Shown: in pieces, positions 39,301 through 46,310 of the stretch | Layout of the letters: every line of letters starts with the position of its first letter | How positions within the stretch are numbered: position 1 is the stretch's first letter | NCBI GenBank assembly: GCA_965228855.1 | Contig: CBDDIJ010000003.1 | Coordinates: forward strand, 2,208,001 to 2,272,000 | Direction: 5' to 3' | Length of the DNA stretch: 64,000 nucleotides | Source of the DNA: Candidatus Obscuribacterales bacterium | Lineage (GTDB): Bacteria; Cyanobacteriota; Vampirovibrionia; Obscuribacterales; Obscuribacteraceae | Translations under genes and position numbers: made by a program | Notes under the pieces: model-generated | Database searches by the model: none | Told to the model about the DNA's origin: nothing | The model's input: only the letters and a program-made list of their open reading frames with translations

Positions 39301-42110
39301 CCAGTCTGCGCGGTGACCGTTCCTAAATCGATGGCAAGGTTCGAACTCAGACGCCCAGATACTATGTCGACGTCTCCGCCATTAGTTTGAATTGTCGAGC
39401 TAGAACCTGATGATATACCACTATTAACAACGGCACCGCCAAGGAAGGTGCCTGATGCAATGCCGCCGTTTACCTTGGAAAGGACCGCGCCAGTAGCTGG
39501 AGTTCTTGTATGCAGGGTGACATCACCCGAACCATTGTTCGATGCGCCGCTTGTATTTACGCCATTTCCTAGAGCGATGCCTTGACCACCATCATTCCGA
39601 CCAGCAACAACAACGAAGTTGCCATTGCTACCAGTGCCGGTACCGCCTGTGGTGATATTCAGAACACTGTCGGTGAAAACGCCTCCATTAGCAGAATTAC
39701 CTGTGCTCGTATAAGCGACCAGAGTAATGTTTCCGCCACTAGCATTGAGTCCGGTGCCTCGTGAATCTAACGCAGTCAAACCGAAGGTTAGATCGACTGC
39801 TGCGTTATCCGTCGCGTTGGATGGACCAGTGACGGTAACAGTGGTAGCCGTTTGAGTGAAATTAGCACCAGACACCATAGTGATGTCTCCGCCCTGACCA
39901 ACTGCGGAAGTAGAGATGACAGAGTTGGCTGGCGGTAGAATTACCTTGATTTCCTCACCGGCAACCATCAGTATGCCACCAGGGGCGATGATGCTGTTTC
40001 TAATGTCGATGTTCTGTGTTGTGAGAAGAGTCAGACTTCCAGAGACATTGATACCGTTCCCTATCTGAATCGTGCCACCGGAAGTCACTGAATACGATCC
40101 TGCGGTAACACTGCTATTCTGAACGTTCGTTGAATCAGCAGATACGGTGACTGAGTTTCGAGCATTCAGGGTAGATGTGGCAGTAACTGAGCTTCCCGTC
40201 GTCGAACCCGGTGCAAGTGATCCGCTCGTAACCGCTCCGGTAGCATCAATTGATAGAGTGCCCACGATCTGCGGTTGACCGCCGGCTAGCAGTATATTTC
40301 CGGTTCCCGCTGTGTTATTCGTTCCTGCGCCGCTGACGTTTATCGCTCCAGTCGTGATGCTGTTGGCAAACATCGAAACAGTCCCATTGCTGAAACCGTT
40401 AGCGCCGGTAGATGTGATAGTCGTAGCGCCACCCAGGTTGATGACACCGGAGGTGGTGCCCTCGAATGCAGCGAATGTTATGTCACCGCCATTTGCGGCG
40501 GAGCTACTGGCGTTGAAAATCGGAGCAGTACCAGTGAAGGTGATGGCACCCCCGGTGGCAGATGCACCAGTCACGGTCAGCGGGCCTGTACCAGTATGCG
40601 CGGCACCAGCAATGAAGAGAATGTCCCCGCCATCGCCGGTATTCGAAGTGTCAAAGGTCAGACCACTCGCGATATTTATATTTCCTGTAGCGATATAGGT
40701 CAAGGGACCACCACCGGTCGTTTGGCTTGCGCCTACGTTAAGGTCCCCCCCGCTTTCGAACAACGGGTCGCCGCTAGTTACCGTCTCTCCTATGTTTAAC
40801 GTGGAGGTGGCATTGACTGAAGCGGTACCTGCGTAAGTGTTCACGACGCCAGTCAACTCTCCGACGCTTACGCTGACATGACCGTCGCCACCGTTCAGAT
40901 TCAAAGTCTGCGAATACCAGTCGCCACCAGATACGGTGGTATCAACTTTTTCTGTAAAACCTGCCTGCCGGAAATTGATAGCCCCATTCAGAGCATTGAT
41001 TGTTCCACCTGTATTATCAACCGAGATTGAAGCCGGCGAAGCAGTATCAAAGTTGACGTTTCCACCAGTCGAGCTAATTGAGCCGTTGTTTACGACAACC
41101 GAAGATAGCAGTGTCACATCGGATTGAGCAGACACAGAGCCGCTGTTCGCGAGCGTACCGCCAGCGGAGAGCGTTACCGTTCCATTGCTCGAAATCGAAC
41201 CAACGTTGTTCAAATCTCTATCGGCGGAAACCCTCAAATCAATCGGTACGTCGACGGCGTCATTTGCTGATGCCACCGCATCCGGTGCCTGAGTCGTAAT
41301 TGAGCCTGCGTTTGTTACATCGCGAGCACCAATGTTTGCTTTATTGTTCGCAGCATTACTGGTCAGCGCATACATGCTTCCATAGTTAACAAGCTCGCGA
41401 GTAACCTTGAAATCACTGTTTCGACCGAAGTTGCCTATAGCTTCGACGCCTTCGGAGATTGTCAACGAGGATGCTTTGATGTTGCGTCCGGCGTTGTCGA
41501 TGCTTCCGAGGTTGAAGCTTCCATCTACACCGCGTCCCGAGCCATCCACGACCAGGCTTTGCGCATCGCCATCAATCACTTGCTGAAGCGCTACGAATTC
41601 TGCAGCGGTGACTTTCGAACCACTGGTGAGTACTTTCTGCTCGCCGCCGACATTGACGGTATACGACGAAGCGTTGGAGAAGAGGTTATCTCCGAGAACG
41701 ATTGAGCGTGTGTCTGAAGTCAGATCTAACTTCAACCCTTTGGAGACGTTTCTAGTTCTACCTTTATCGGTTACAAAAGTAGTCTGCGTCTCGAATCGAG
41801 GAACAATCGGCGTGACTATCGGCTGAATTACAAACTTGTCATCAACCACGGGCGTGTATTCAAAACGCGGACCATTCGCACCACCAGCGTTTCCTCTGGC
41901 ATCTCGAATTTGCTGGACGTGGTCACGCCTCTCGGTGCGGAACATTTGGCGCAACTCTTGTCTATCCAATCCCGGGTTCGCATCACGGAAATCGCGAAAT
42001 GAAGTTCTATTCTCGTTTGCGAATGCCGGACCTGCCAGCAGCAGCGTTCCTGCCAATGCTATCTTTCCCGTTGCCAGCAGATTGCGACCTTGAGAGTCTG
42101 TGGATTTCAT
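33336..42110 (-). CDS. Large (~2924 aa) exported beta-solenoid repeat protein, paralog of 1818-30410
   Basis: Start placed at ATG 42110, which has GAGGT upstream and signal peptide MKSTDSQGRNLLATGKIALAGTLLLAGPAFA|N. It shares KVTAAE, GGDW, APGGI/SGGI repeats, ADPPSR, TLSPGR, VKPLK and SSKH with the paralog and ends in TAMK. Confidence 0.85.
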   Translation of the reverse strand: MKSTDSQGRNLLATGKIALAGTLLLAGPAFANENRTSFRDFRDANPGLDRQELRQMFRTERRDHVQQIRDARGNAGGANGPRFEYTPVVDDKFVIQPIVTPIVPRFETQTTFVTDKGRTRNVSKGLKLDLTSDTRSIVLGDNLFSNASSYTVNVGGEQKVLTSGSKVTAAEFVALQQVIDGDAQSLVVDGSGRGVDGSFNLGSIDNAGRNIKASSLTISEGVEAIGNFGRNSDFKVTRELVNYGSMYALTSNAANNKANIGARDVTNAGSITTQAPDAVASANDAVDVPIDLRVSADRDLNNVGSISSNGTVTLSAGGTLANSGSVSAQSDVTLLSSVVVNNGSISSTGGNVNFDTASPASISVDNTGGTINALNGAINFRQAGFTEKVDTTVSGGDWYSQTLNLNGGDGHVSVSVGELTGVVNTYAGTASVNATSTLNIGETVTSGDPLFESGGDLNVGASQTTGGGPLTYIATGNINIASGLTFDTSNTGDGGDILFIAGAAHTGTGPLTVTGASATGGAITFTGTAPIFNASSSAANGGDITFAAFEGTTSGVINLGGATTITSTGANGFSNGTVSMFANSITTGAINVSGAGTNNTAGTGNILLAGGQPQIVGTLSIDATGAVTSGSLAPGSTTGSSVTATSTLNARNSVTVSADSTNVQNSSVTAGSYSVTSGGTIQIGNGINVSGSLTLLTTQNIDIRNSIIAPGGILMVAGEEIKVILPPANSVISTSAVGQGGDITMVSGANFTQTATTVTVTGPSNATDNAAVDLTFGLTALDSRGTGLNASGGNITLVAYTSTGNSANGGVFTDSVLNITTGGTGTGSNGNFVVVAGRNDGGQGIALGNGVNTSGASNNGSGDVTLHTRTPATGAVLSKVNGGIASGTFLGGAVVNSGISSGSSSTIQTNGGDVDIVSGRLSSNLAIDLGTVTAQTGAVRINASGADSDVQLRTIQGGSIVVTSTQDVTLRGSLGWNTTASGGGGILVVAGRDIVNIDSGFDFNTNPGALTQAGSISLIAGALFTETASNLTITGPSSTGGNINLGNGFDQIDSQGIGDASGGQINLIAYRETATGTRGTVFVDTSADVVSQGAGAGRNNGEIIVMAGNDQGGSGINIGGIWDTNGTTSGTGNILLLSAQPINGATLSKTTGAYTSVGFTNGAVQANNNINGINNSLTMDVDRNATLTMRSGNTLNLTNTTLSAGRIRLSAEGLTDLGTLNTFGNGTVVATSTGSLNIRSSITAPGGIVLVAGGAITNINAGASLNTSSASGNGGDVVLVAGATFSQDLVNVTITGSSNLSTSISLGNTFAGIDTRSLGGNGTGGDIALIRMTSTDVFSNSIFVGGTATLKTGGNGTGDNGDITAISGQAGNGTGVQIDADIDVTGGQAGTGDVTMLTAAPANGVIQKSDAVISTTFDGGVATDSQIFQSNGEGGIVMAGGKLIANAGRGVQMQGVTNTGGSVQYNAGLTDSNSTANIKGISAASISVTATGQIDMRGGNMVATSGGILFVTGGSINNNGGAMSITTAGASDRGDITLVAGATYTQDSSSVTITGSTAGGGDINFGNNFQGLDSRSTAGQGDAGDITVVAYASNSGSLGRLFADDNAFAIRAGGSGSDTNGDVLIIGANNDGGNAVNIGNGQINIKGGATGSGSVTVAASSAGSGITLSRTTASETSGVFSPGSATNSVIRMTSGTAVATDGSDVTILTGRNVQIGGISITPDAVGNAGTLSIETNGTEVLAIGAGGTNSVGNIEADGGLVSGNGGTVNILNRGTGGVNISGTVLQQNQNTGDGGHITVDADQGTLGFINGPVIIEASGEGATAQDGGSITLRANSYNFNGLNVDLRANASLGGGTAGSVTIESNGALTNILGAGANQFEVQVGTSGQGGLLVLDAGTTIALNSAISVDQLTLSAGSGITQTAGAIITADLLTVNSLTGLANLNADNAVNTLFATGGGALVFKNNASTAMELGSVGTTQSLDLTALAGVTVIANISTSGDIDVSTTVLTAQADMTANSIDVSSPIGAGGLTVDGSGGNRNFNATGVGQLVRFTANDGDLSLGGTQTYISEAEMNVIENTGSLNVLAGADIEGLQTLTLNSSRYDFAGSIVGNPLIFRAPEGVGTIANSQGDVTLSGDVILNGNFAIIALGNVNFGSATTINLGGGASGGALTVLAGFSFTPSTGGQVGPVGNEAVTYSSITPSAIGGNINLSDVTVNTAGGLGAGGNVTLIASDGTQSAGSISVGAIDASGATDGGDILIIGPGNISVGGIDASGTNGGSVLISTTAPNVVGAPSILNGELSGGGFTTGSASQDKKSGALVVRGGIDASGTGGSINLTSNYSKNFAIGASKTPKNGVQGSLTASNIEVLNVRSGVQLDSSAGILSAQNVKFTAGGKGTLLTGKNVVLTTVNNLTLIADTGAIGKKSFVFQAASVDAETSGNVNLTSQRATPLVVNDSSAGGSFTLTTAAGVTLNDIDTAKGSISVTAATGGLTVNDGSVITANNGALTLINTDITTGNINLGANTVIETQGKGKDVNIAIGAPPKKPTNTTPPSGVTVNNTGKGQSYFSAASGFTVVGSNETRGTNKDVIINNGSANPSTQKIIFGGNVVVEADPPSRSAAAIMPSLLAQPATETFVASDSAPLNLSSANSSIGSTFNSQHISPLPTDLLSTVSNTAQAENSVVGLSSAVQTSEAVSTACDYLTDAYVWSDEDLGLGSATMLSGSSANSGISGSTIGATGTGNGSAPGVTSTEVAKLRQGTIVLAPAKDTRIETPMGTIEVSKGSVALVVLDGTRLGVYDLHDERKGSVRVTAGARATTLSPGRCTVLTTRSNHGFERVNPMESVGYKSVAAVNHGNGIKAFNAEFATLHAIGSVKPLKEIMSSKHDNARRMSNKLMKTSAVLMHIGGNGDFRVYSEPSVTAMK

Positions 42111-42142
42111 ACGCCATACCTCGATAACAATATTGAGCGAAG

Positions 42143-42156
42143 GGATTCCGGGATGC
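42143..42156 (-). promoter_or_regulatory. Conserved 14-bp cis element GCATCCCGGAATCC, 32 nt upstream of the start
   Basis: The + strand ggattccgggatgc is the reverse complement of 1772-1785. Confidence 0.65.
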
Positions 42157-42355
42157 GAAAAGGTTCCAAAGCAAGACAACAGGCGCACCACCTATGGTGC
42201 CCTGTCACCGCAAATTTCATTACATATAAAGTACGGAGAAAAGCGTATCACGCAGATCCGCACACTGTCCACGCTGCGGGCTTGAGAGCAGGTTCACAAG
42301 AAGCACGGTCACAAAACCGTCACATCCGATCCACGTTCAGTTTCCCGATACTTGC

Positions 42356-42371
42356 TGTAGCCATTTGGCTA
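42356..42371 (-). promoter_or_regulatory. Palindrome TAGCC-N4-GGCTA
   Basis: Reads tagccaaatggctaca on the minus strand; 14/16 match to 1285-1300. Confidence 0.4.
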
Positions 42372-42683
42372 TTCTAAAAGTTATGCAATAAACGTTACTT
42401 CGCCAACAGTAGCGCAATTCCGGACTTTACGAAGCGCATCAGTCAACGAAGGGAAGACACCAAATTGGCACCAAATTGTTCATACCAAACACTTAGCGCA
42501 CGGAATGTTGTCGAACAACATTTCGACAACGCGACTAACCGCTTACAACAGACCGATTATTGGATAATGCTGACCGAGAAGACCCGGCTGCTCTATGCGA
42601 GTATTCAGGCTCCGCAAACTAGTAAAAGCGTCGCCGAGGCGACGCTTTCCTAATTGACAATCCGATTATTTCAATTCAGCCGG

Positions 42684-42790
42684 TTACTTGGCAGCGCCGG
42701 CAAAGCAACTGACGTTTCACTCACTTAACCGCGCGTTGCATAGCAACTGACGTTTCAATCACTTAGCCGCGCGTTGCATCGCAACTGACG
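42684..42790. repeat. Tandem 38-bp repeats copying the ctpA 3' end
   Basis: gcaactgacgtttcactcacttaaccgcgcgttgcata (42705-42742), gcaactgacgtttcaatcacttagccgcgcgttgcatc (42743-42780), then gcaactgacg. A degenerate partial copy starts at 42684. Confidence 0.9.
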
Positions 42791-44117
42791 GAGCCCTCTC
42801 GATACCTTCCTTGAGAGCGTCGAACGCTTTCTTCAGTTGAATATCCTTGAGGTCGTCAGCTTTGCGCTCAACGTTCGGGCCGTCCGGGTCAAGCCACCAG
42901 GGTCCTTTATGGGCCTCAATGTCTTTCTTCTCGAGCTTCACTTCCAGGTCAGGCGCGATGCCCTTCTTGTTGATATCGGTATCATTCGGAGTCAGGTAAC
43001 GCGCAATTGTGATATTGACACCGCTTCCATCTTCCAATCGGTTGATACCCTGTACGAGCCCTTTACCAAAGGTTTTCTCACCCACTAGAATCGCCCGACC
43101 GTTATCCTTCAACGCACCGCTTGTGATTTCTGAAGCAGATGCACTCCCGTGATTTATCAAAATCGCGATCGGCAAATCGCAAATCGGATGTCCGGTGGAG
43201 GCTTCGGATTTCTTGTATCCATCGCGATCTACAGTAGACACGACTGTTCCATTCTTCAAAAACATATTTGAAATTGCGATGGCGTTGTTCAACAAACCAC
43301 CCGGGTTGTCGCGCAAGTCGAGCACAATCGCCTTGGCGCCAGGTAGTTTGGCAATTGACTCCGCAACTTCTCTGTCTGCTTTTTGAGAGATGAAACTGGA
43401 CAGTCTTATGTATCCAACTTCACTATCAAGCATCTGAGCCGTTTGAACTGCTTTCAACGGAATCTCCGCACGAGTGATCTTGATGATCAATTTCTCCGGC
43501 TCTTTTCCGCTCGTTTTGCGAGTGACAGTGAGAGCCACGTCTGTGTTGATCAAACCGCGAATTCTCTTGGCGGCATCATCAACGGTGTAACCTTCGGTCG
43601 GCTTACCATCGATCTCGGTCAGCTCATCACCAGCTTTTACGCCGGCTTTGAACGCAGGAGTGTCCTCGATCGGAGAGATGATGACGATTTTGCGTTCTTT
43701 GTTAGTCCCTATTTGCACGCCTATGCCGCAAATCTGCGCATCGATTTGCGAACGCTCATCATCAAAAGCATCGCGATCCAAAAATCTAGTGTAGCGATCA
43801 CCAAGGCTAGCCAACATGGTTTCGACGGCTTTGTGTGCGTCGTCAGAATTTTTCAGCTTCCCGTCATATTTGTTCTTCCAACGCTTCCAGTCTTGACCGT
43901 TGAATGTTCCATCATAGAAGTCGTCATTAATCAGGTCCCAGACCTTTTCGTAGATCTTCTCAGGATCGCTAAACGGACTCATGTATGGTCGTTGAGCCAG
44001 TTTGGCACCCCGACCAGGAATCGAGGCCAGGGGGCTGGTCTTCCCATAAGTAAAGTCAGAACCGCCAAGACTGACACACATCACCAGCGTCAGCCCGAGT
44101 AAGAGCTTCCCTTTCAT
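42759..44117 (-). CDS. ctpA: Carboxyl-terminal processing protease, S41A family (PDZ + peptidase)
   Basis: Signal peptide, LGDRYTRF, PDZ segment GIGVQI…TPAFKAGVKAGD, DLRDNPGG, SASASEI (catalytic Ser) and TFGKG (catalytic Lys). Confidence 0.95.
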   Translation of the reverse strand: MKGKLLLGLTLVMCVSLGGSDFTYGKTSPLASIPGRGAKLAQRPYMSPFSDPEKIYEKVWDLINDDFYDGTFNGQDWKRWKNKYDGKLKNSDDAHKAVETMLASLGDRYTRFLDRDAFDDERSQIDAQICGIGVQIGTNKERKIVIISPIEDTPAFKAGVKAGDELTEIDGKPTEGYTVDDAAKRIRGLINTDVALTVTRKTSGKEPEKLIIKITRAEIPLKAVQTAQMLDSEVGYIRLSSFISQKADREVAESIAKLPGAKAIVLDLRDNPGGLLNNAIAISNMFLKNGTVVSTVDRDGYKKSEASTGHPICDLPIAILINHGSASASEITSGALKDNGRAILVGEKTFGKGLVQGINRLEDGSGVNITIARYLTPNDTDINKKGIAPDLEVKLEKKDIEAHKGPWWLDPDGPNVERKADDLKDIQLKKAFDALKEGIERAPSVAMQRAAK

Positions 44118-44662
44118 CTTTTACATCACGACTCCCTTAGACACAAACGGTTTCTAATTTGCCTACGCGCCAGGCACTCTGGGAAACAGGGGCGGTATCG
44201 AAAAACCTAGGTCTCATCAGCGTTTCGATAATGCTGGCCGCATTTGTAAATGACGTCATCGCCTCCCGGAGTCGTGAAAGATATGGTGACTAGTGCTTTA
44301 TACCCGTTGCACCAATCTTTTAAGCAGGTGTATCGCTTATTGGCTGCGGCTTTCCAAAATCGAGAAGATTTCCCAATGTCGTCAACGACGATCCCCTGTA
44401 CGTTTACACGAAAACTAGCCGTCGCAAAACGGCTTCAGAGGCTGGAGTACAGGGTTTGGAGATTCCTTTCTCGTCTTGAAGACAAGCGCCATACTAATCG
44501 GGTGATACCATAGAGTGTACTCAAAAATTCCGGCGGTTGCCATGGTGAATTTCCCTGGCCTTTTTCACCGCCCGGTAGGCTTGCGGGCGGTTTTCCTTTG
44601 AAAACTCCTGAGCGCCAAAGGTACTACATGGCAATTCATATTAATAGGTAGGATGGGAGCAA

Positions 44663-45469
44663 ATGGCGGAGAAACCTAAGGCAGACATCGGCGTTTTCGG
44701 AGGATCGGGCTTCTACAAATTGCTCGACGAATTTACCGAGCATGTAATCGAAACCCCTTACGGCGCGCCGAGCGACAAAGTCGCAATCGGCAAGCTCGGC
44801 GGCAAAACTGTCGCGTTCATGCCGCGCCACGGAGCCGGTCACACACTGCCCCCCCACAAGATCAACTATCGCGCTAACGTCTGGGCGATGAAGTCGCTCG
44901 GCGTCAAAAGACTGATCACGCCGTGCGCAGCCGGAAGCTTGCAGACGAACGTAAAGCCGGGCGAATTCGTCGTCTGCGATCAATTTGTCGACCGCACGTC
45001 GGGACGCATCGATACGTTTTACGATGGTCCGATTACCACGCACGTCTCATCGGCTGAACCTTATTGCCCTGAACTGCGCGAGCTGGCGGTGAAGGCTGGC
45101 AAAGACGCAGGCATCACGATGCATGACAAAGGAACCGTCGTTGTCATTCAAGGACCGAGATTCTCCTCGAAAGCCGAGTCCACCTGGTTCACGAATGCGG
45201 GTTGGGAAGTCATCAACATGACTCAGTACCCCGAGGTTCACCTCGCTAAAGAGCAAGAGCTTTGCGTCGTCAATATCTCATTGATCACAGATTACGACAG
45301 CGGCTTGATGGGCGACGTTCCACCAGTTTCGCATGCTGAAGTCGTTAAGGTCTTCACCGAAAATAATGCGAAGCTGCTCACGCTTCTGACGAAACTAATC
45401 GAAGGCATGCCGGATCGCAGCGCCAAGTGCAACTGCGGCTCCGCGCTGGTTGGCGCTCGCATCGAGTAA
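44663..45469 (+). CDS. mtnP: S-methyl-5'-thioadenosine phosphorylase
   Basis: IGVFGGSG, TPYGAPSD, PRHG, INYRAN, QGPRFSSKAE, NMTQYPE and TDYD. Confidence 0.93.
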   Translation: MAEKPKADIGVFGGSGFYKLLDEFTEHVIETPYGAPSDKVAIGKLGGKTVAFMPRHGAGHTLPPHKINYRANVWAMKSLGVKRLITPCAAGSLQTNVKPGEFVVCDQFVDRTSGRIDTFYDGPITTHVSSAEPYCPELRELAVKAGKDAGITMHDKGTVVVIQGPRFSSKAESTWFTNAGWEVINMTQYPEVHLAKEQELCVVNISLITDYDSGLMGDVPPVSHAEVVKVFTENNAKLLTLLTKLIEGMPDRSAKCNCGSALVGARIE

Positions 45470-45600
45470 TTTTAGGTGCGGTCTCTGCGTGGTGACGCGG
45501 GATAGCCTGAGGCACTCCGAACTTTCGCCTTAGGTACTCGTTAGTCCCAAACGGCATCAAAAAGCAAACTTCATTCCACTTGGGACTCAGATTCCAGAGC

Positions 45601-45686
45601 GCATCGACCAGCTCTGGACTCGCATCGACCAGGTTCGGACTCACATCGACCGGGTTTCGAACTCACATCGACCAAACTCTGGTTTA
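45601..45686. repeat. Four tandem 21-22-bp repeats (rcatcgacc…gactc)
   Basis: gcatcgaccagctctggactc, gcatcgaccaggttcggactc, acatcgaccgggtttcgaactc, acatcgaccaaactctggttta. Confidence 0.85.
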
Positions 45687-45823
45687 AATCGATCCGCAAA
45701 CTGAGCTTCAACGTGTTGACTCACGAAATTCGTAGCCGATTTATGTCCTAAATGGACTAAACAGCTAAATTCAATTCCTCTCAGTAATATTGGGTCACTA
45801 AGGCAAAAGTTAAATGGTCATAG

Positions 45824-45970
45824 TGCTTCAATAAGCCTGGCAAACCATTGCTTCAATGACTCCTGGCATCAGCCAGGCAAACACTGCTTCAATGACGCCT
45901 GGAAGATCCGCCTGGAAGATCCGCCTGGAAGATCCGCCAGGCAAAAACTGCTCCAATGACGCTTGGAAGT
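45824..45970. repeat. Nested repeats: tgcttcaatgacgcctgg-like x4 and gcctggaagatcc x3
   Basis: Copies of the longer motif start at 45824, 45849, 45885 and 45949. A perfect 13-bp tandem runs 45897-45935. Confidence 0.85.
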
Positions 45971-46112
45971 GTGACGCTTGGCTACCATTTGCTTGCACGG
46001 GACCTTGACGTGCGCAGGCGCAGATTCTCTGCGATAATGTGACTCTGTCGACACTAGATGGCGTCTGCTTCAGACTTCCGTGTCGGTATCGCATCTTTGC
46101 AAGAGACGGGTC

Positions 46113-46310
46113 ATGAATTTTCCGCGTCTGAAAGTCAATCACATGGTTGCCATTTTGGCAGTATGTCTTGCCCTAAGTGCGTATCTTGCAATGAGGCGCT
46201 TTGGTTTTCCTGAAAAAGTTTGCATAGGCACAGGATTTCTCTGTGTTCTGGTAGTGGCCATTTTTTGGTCGTGCGTAATACTGACGGATGATGAGGACGA
46301 AGATGATTAG
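46113..46310 (+). CDS. Small (65 aa) two-TM membrane protein with acidic tail
   Basis: Two hydrophobic stretches (VAILAVCLALSAYLAM; VCIGTGFLCVLVVAIFWSCVIL) and a DDEDEDD tail. It overlaps the start of the next gene. Confidence 0.55.
   Translation: MNFPRLKVNHMVAILAVCLALSAYLAMRRFGFPEKVCIGTGFLCVLVVAIFWSCVILTDDEDEDD

Noticed and set aside
33501..42093. Plus-strand ORFs inside the second giant gene
   Set aside because: Same antisense shadow effect.
42111..42191. ORF-track start at 42191 for the second giant gene
   Set aside because: ATG 42110 has an RBS, gives a proper signal peptide and matches the 32-nt motif spacing of the paralog.
45601..45980. Plasmid or chromosomal replication origin call
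   Set aside because: No rep, dnaA or par gene and no DnaA-box cluster was seen; kept only as an unexplained repeat region.
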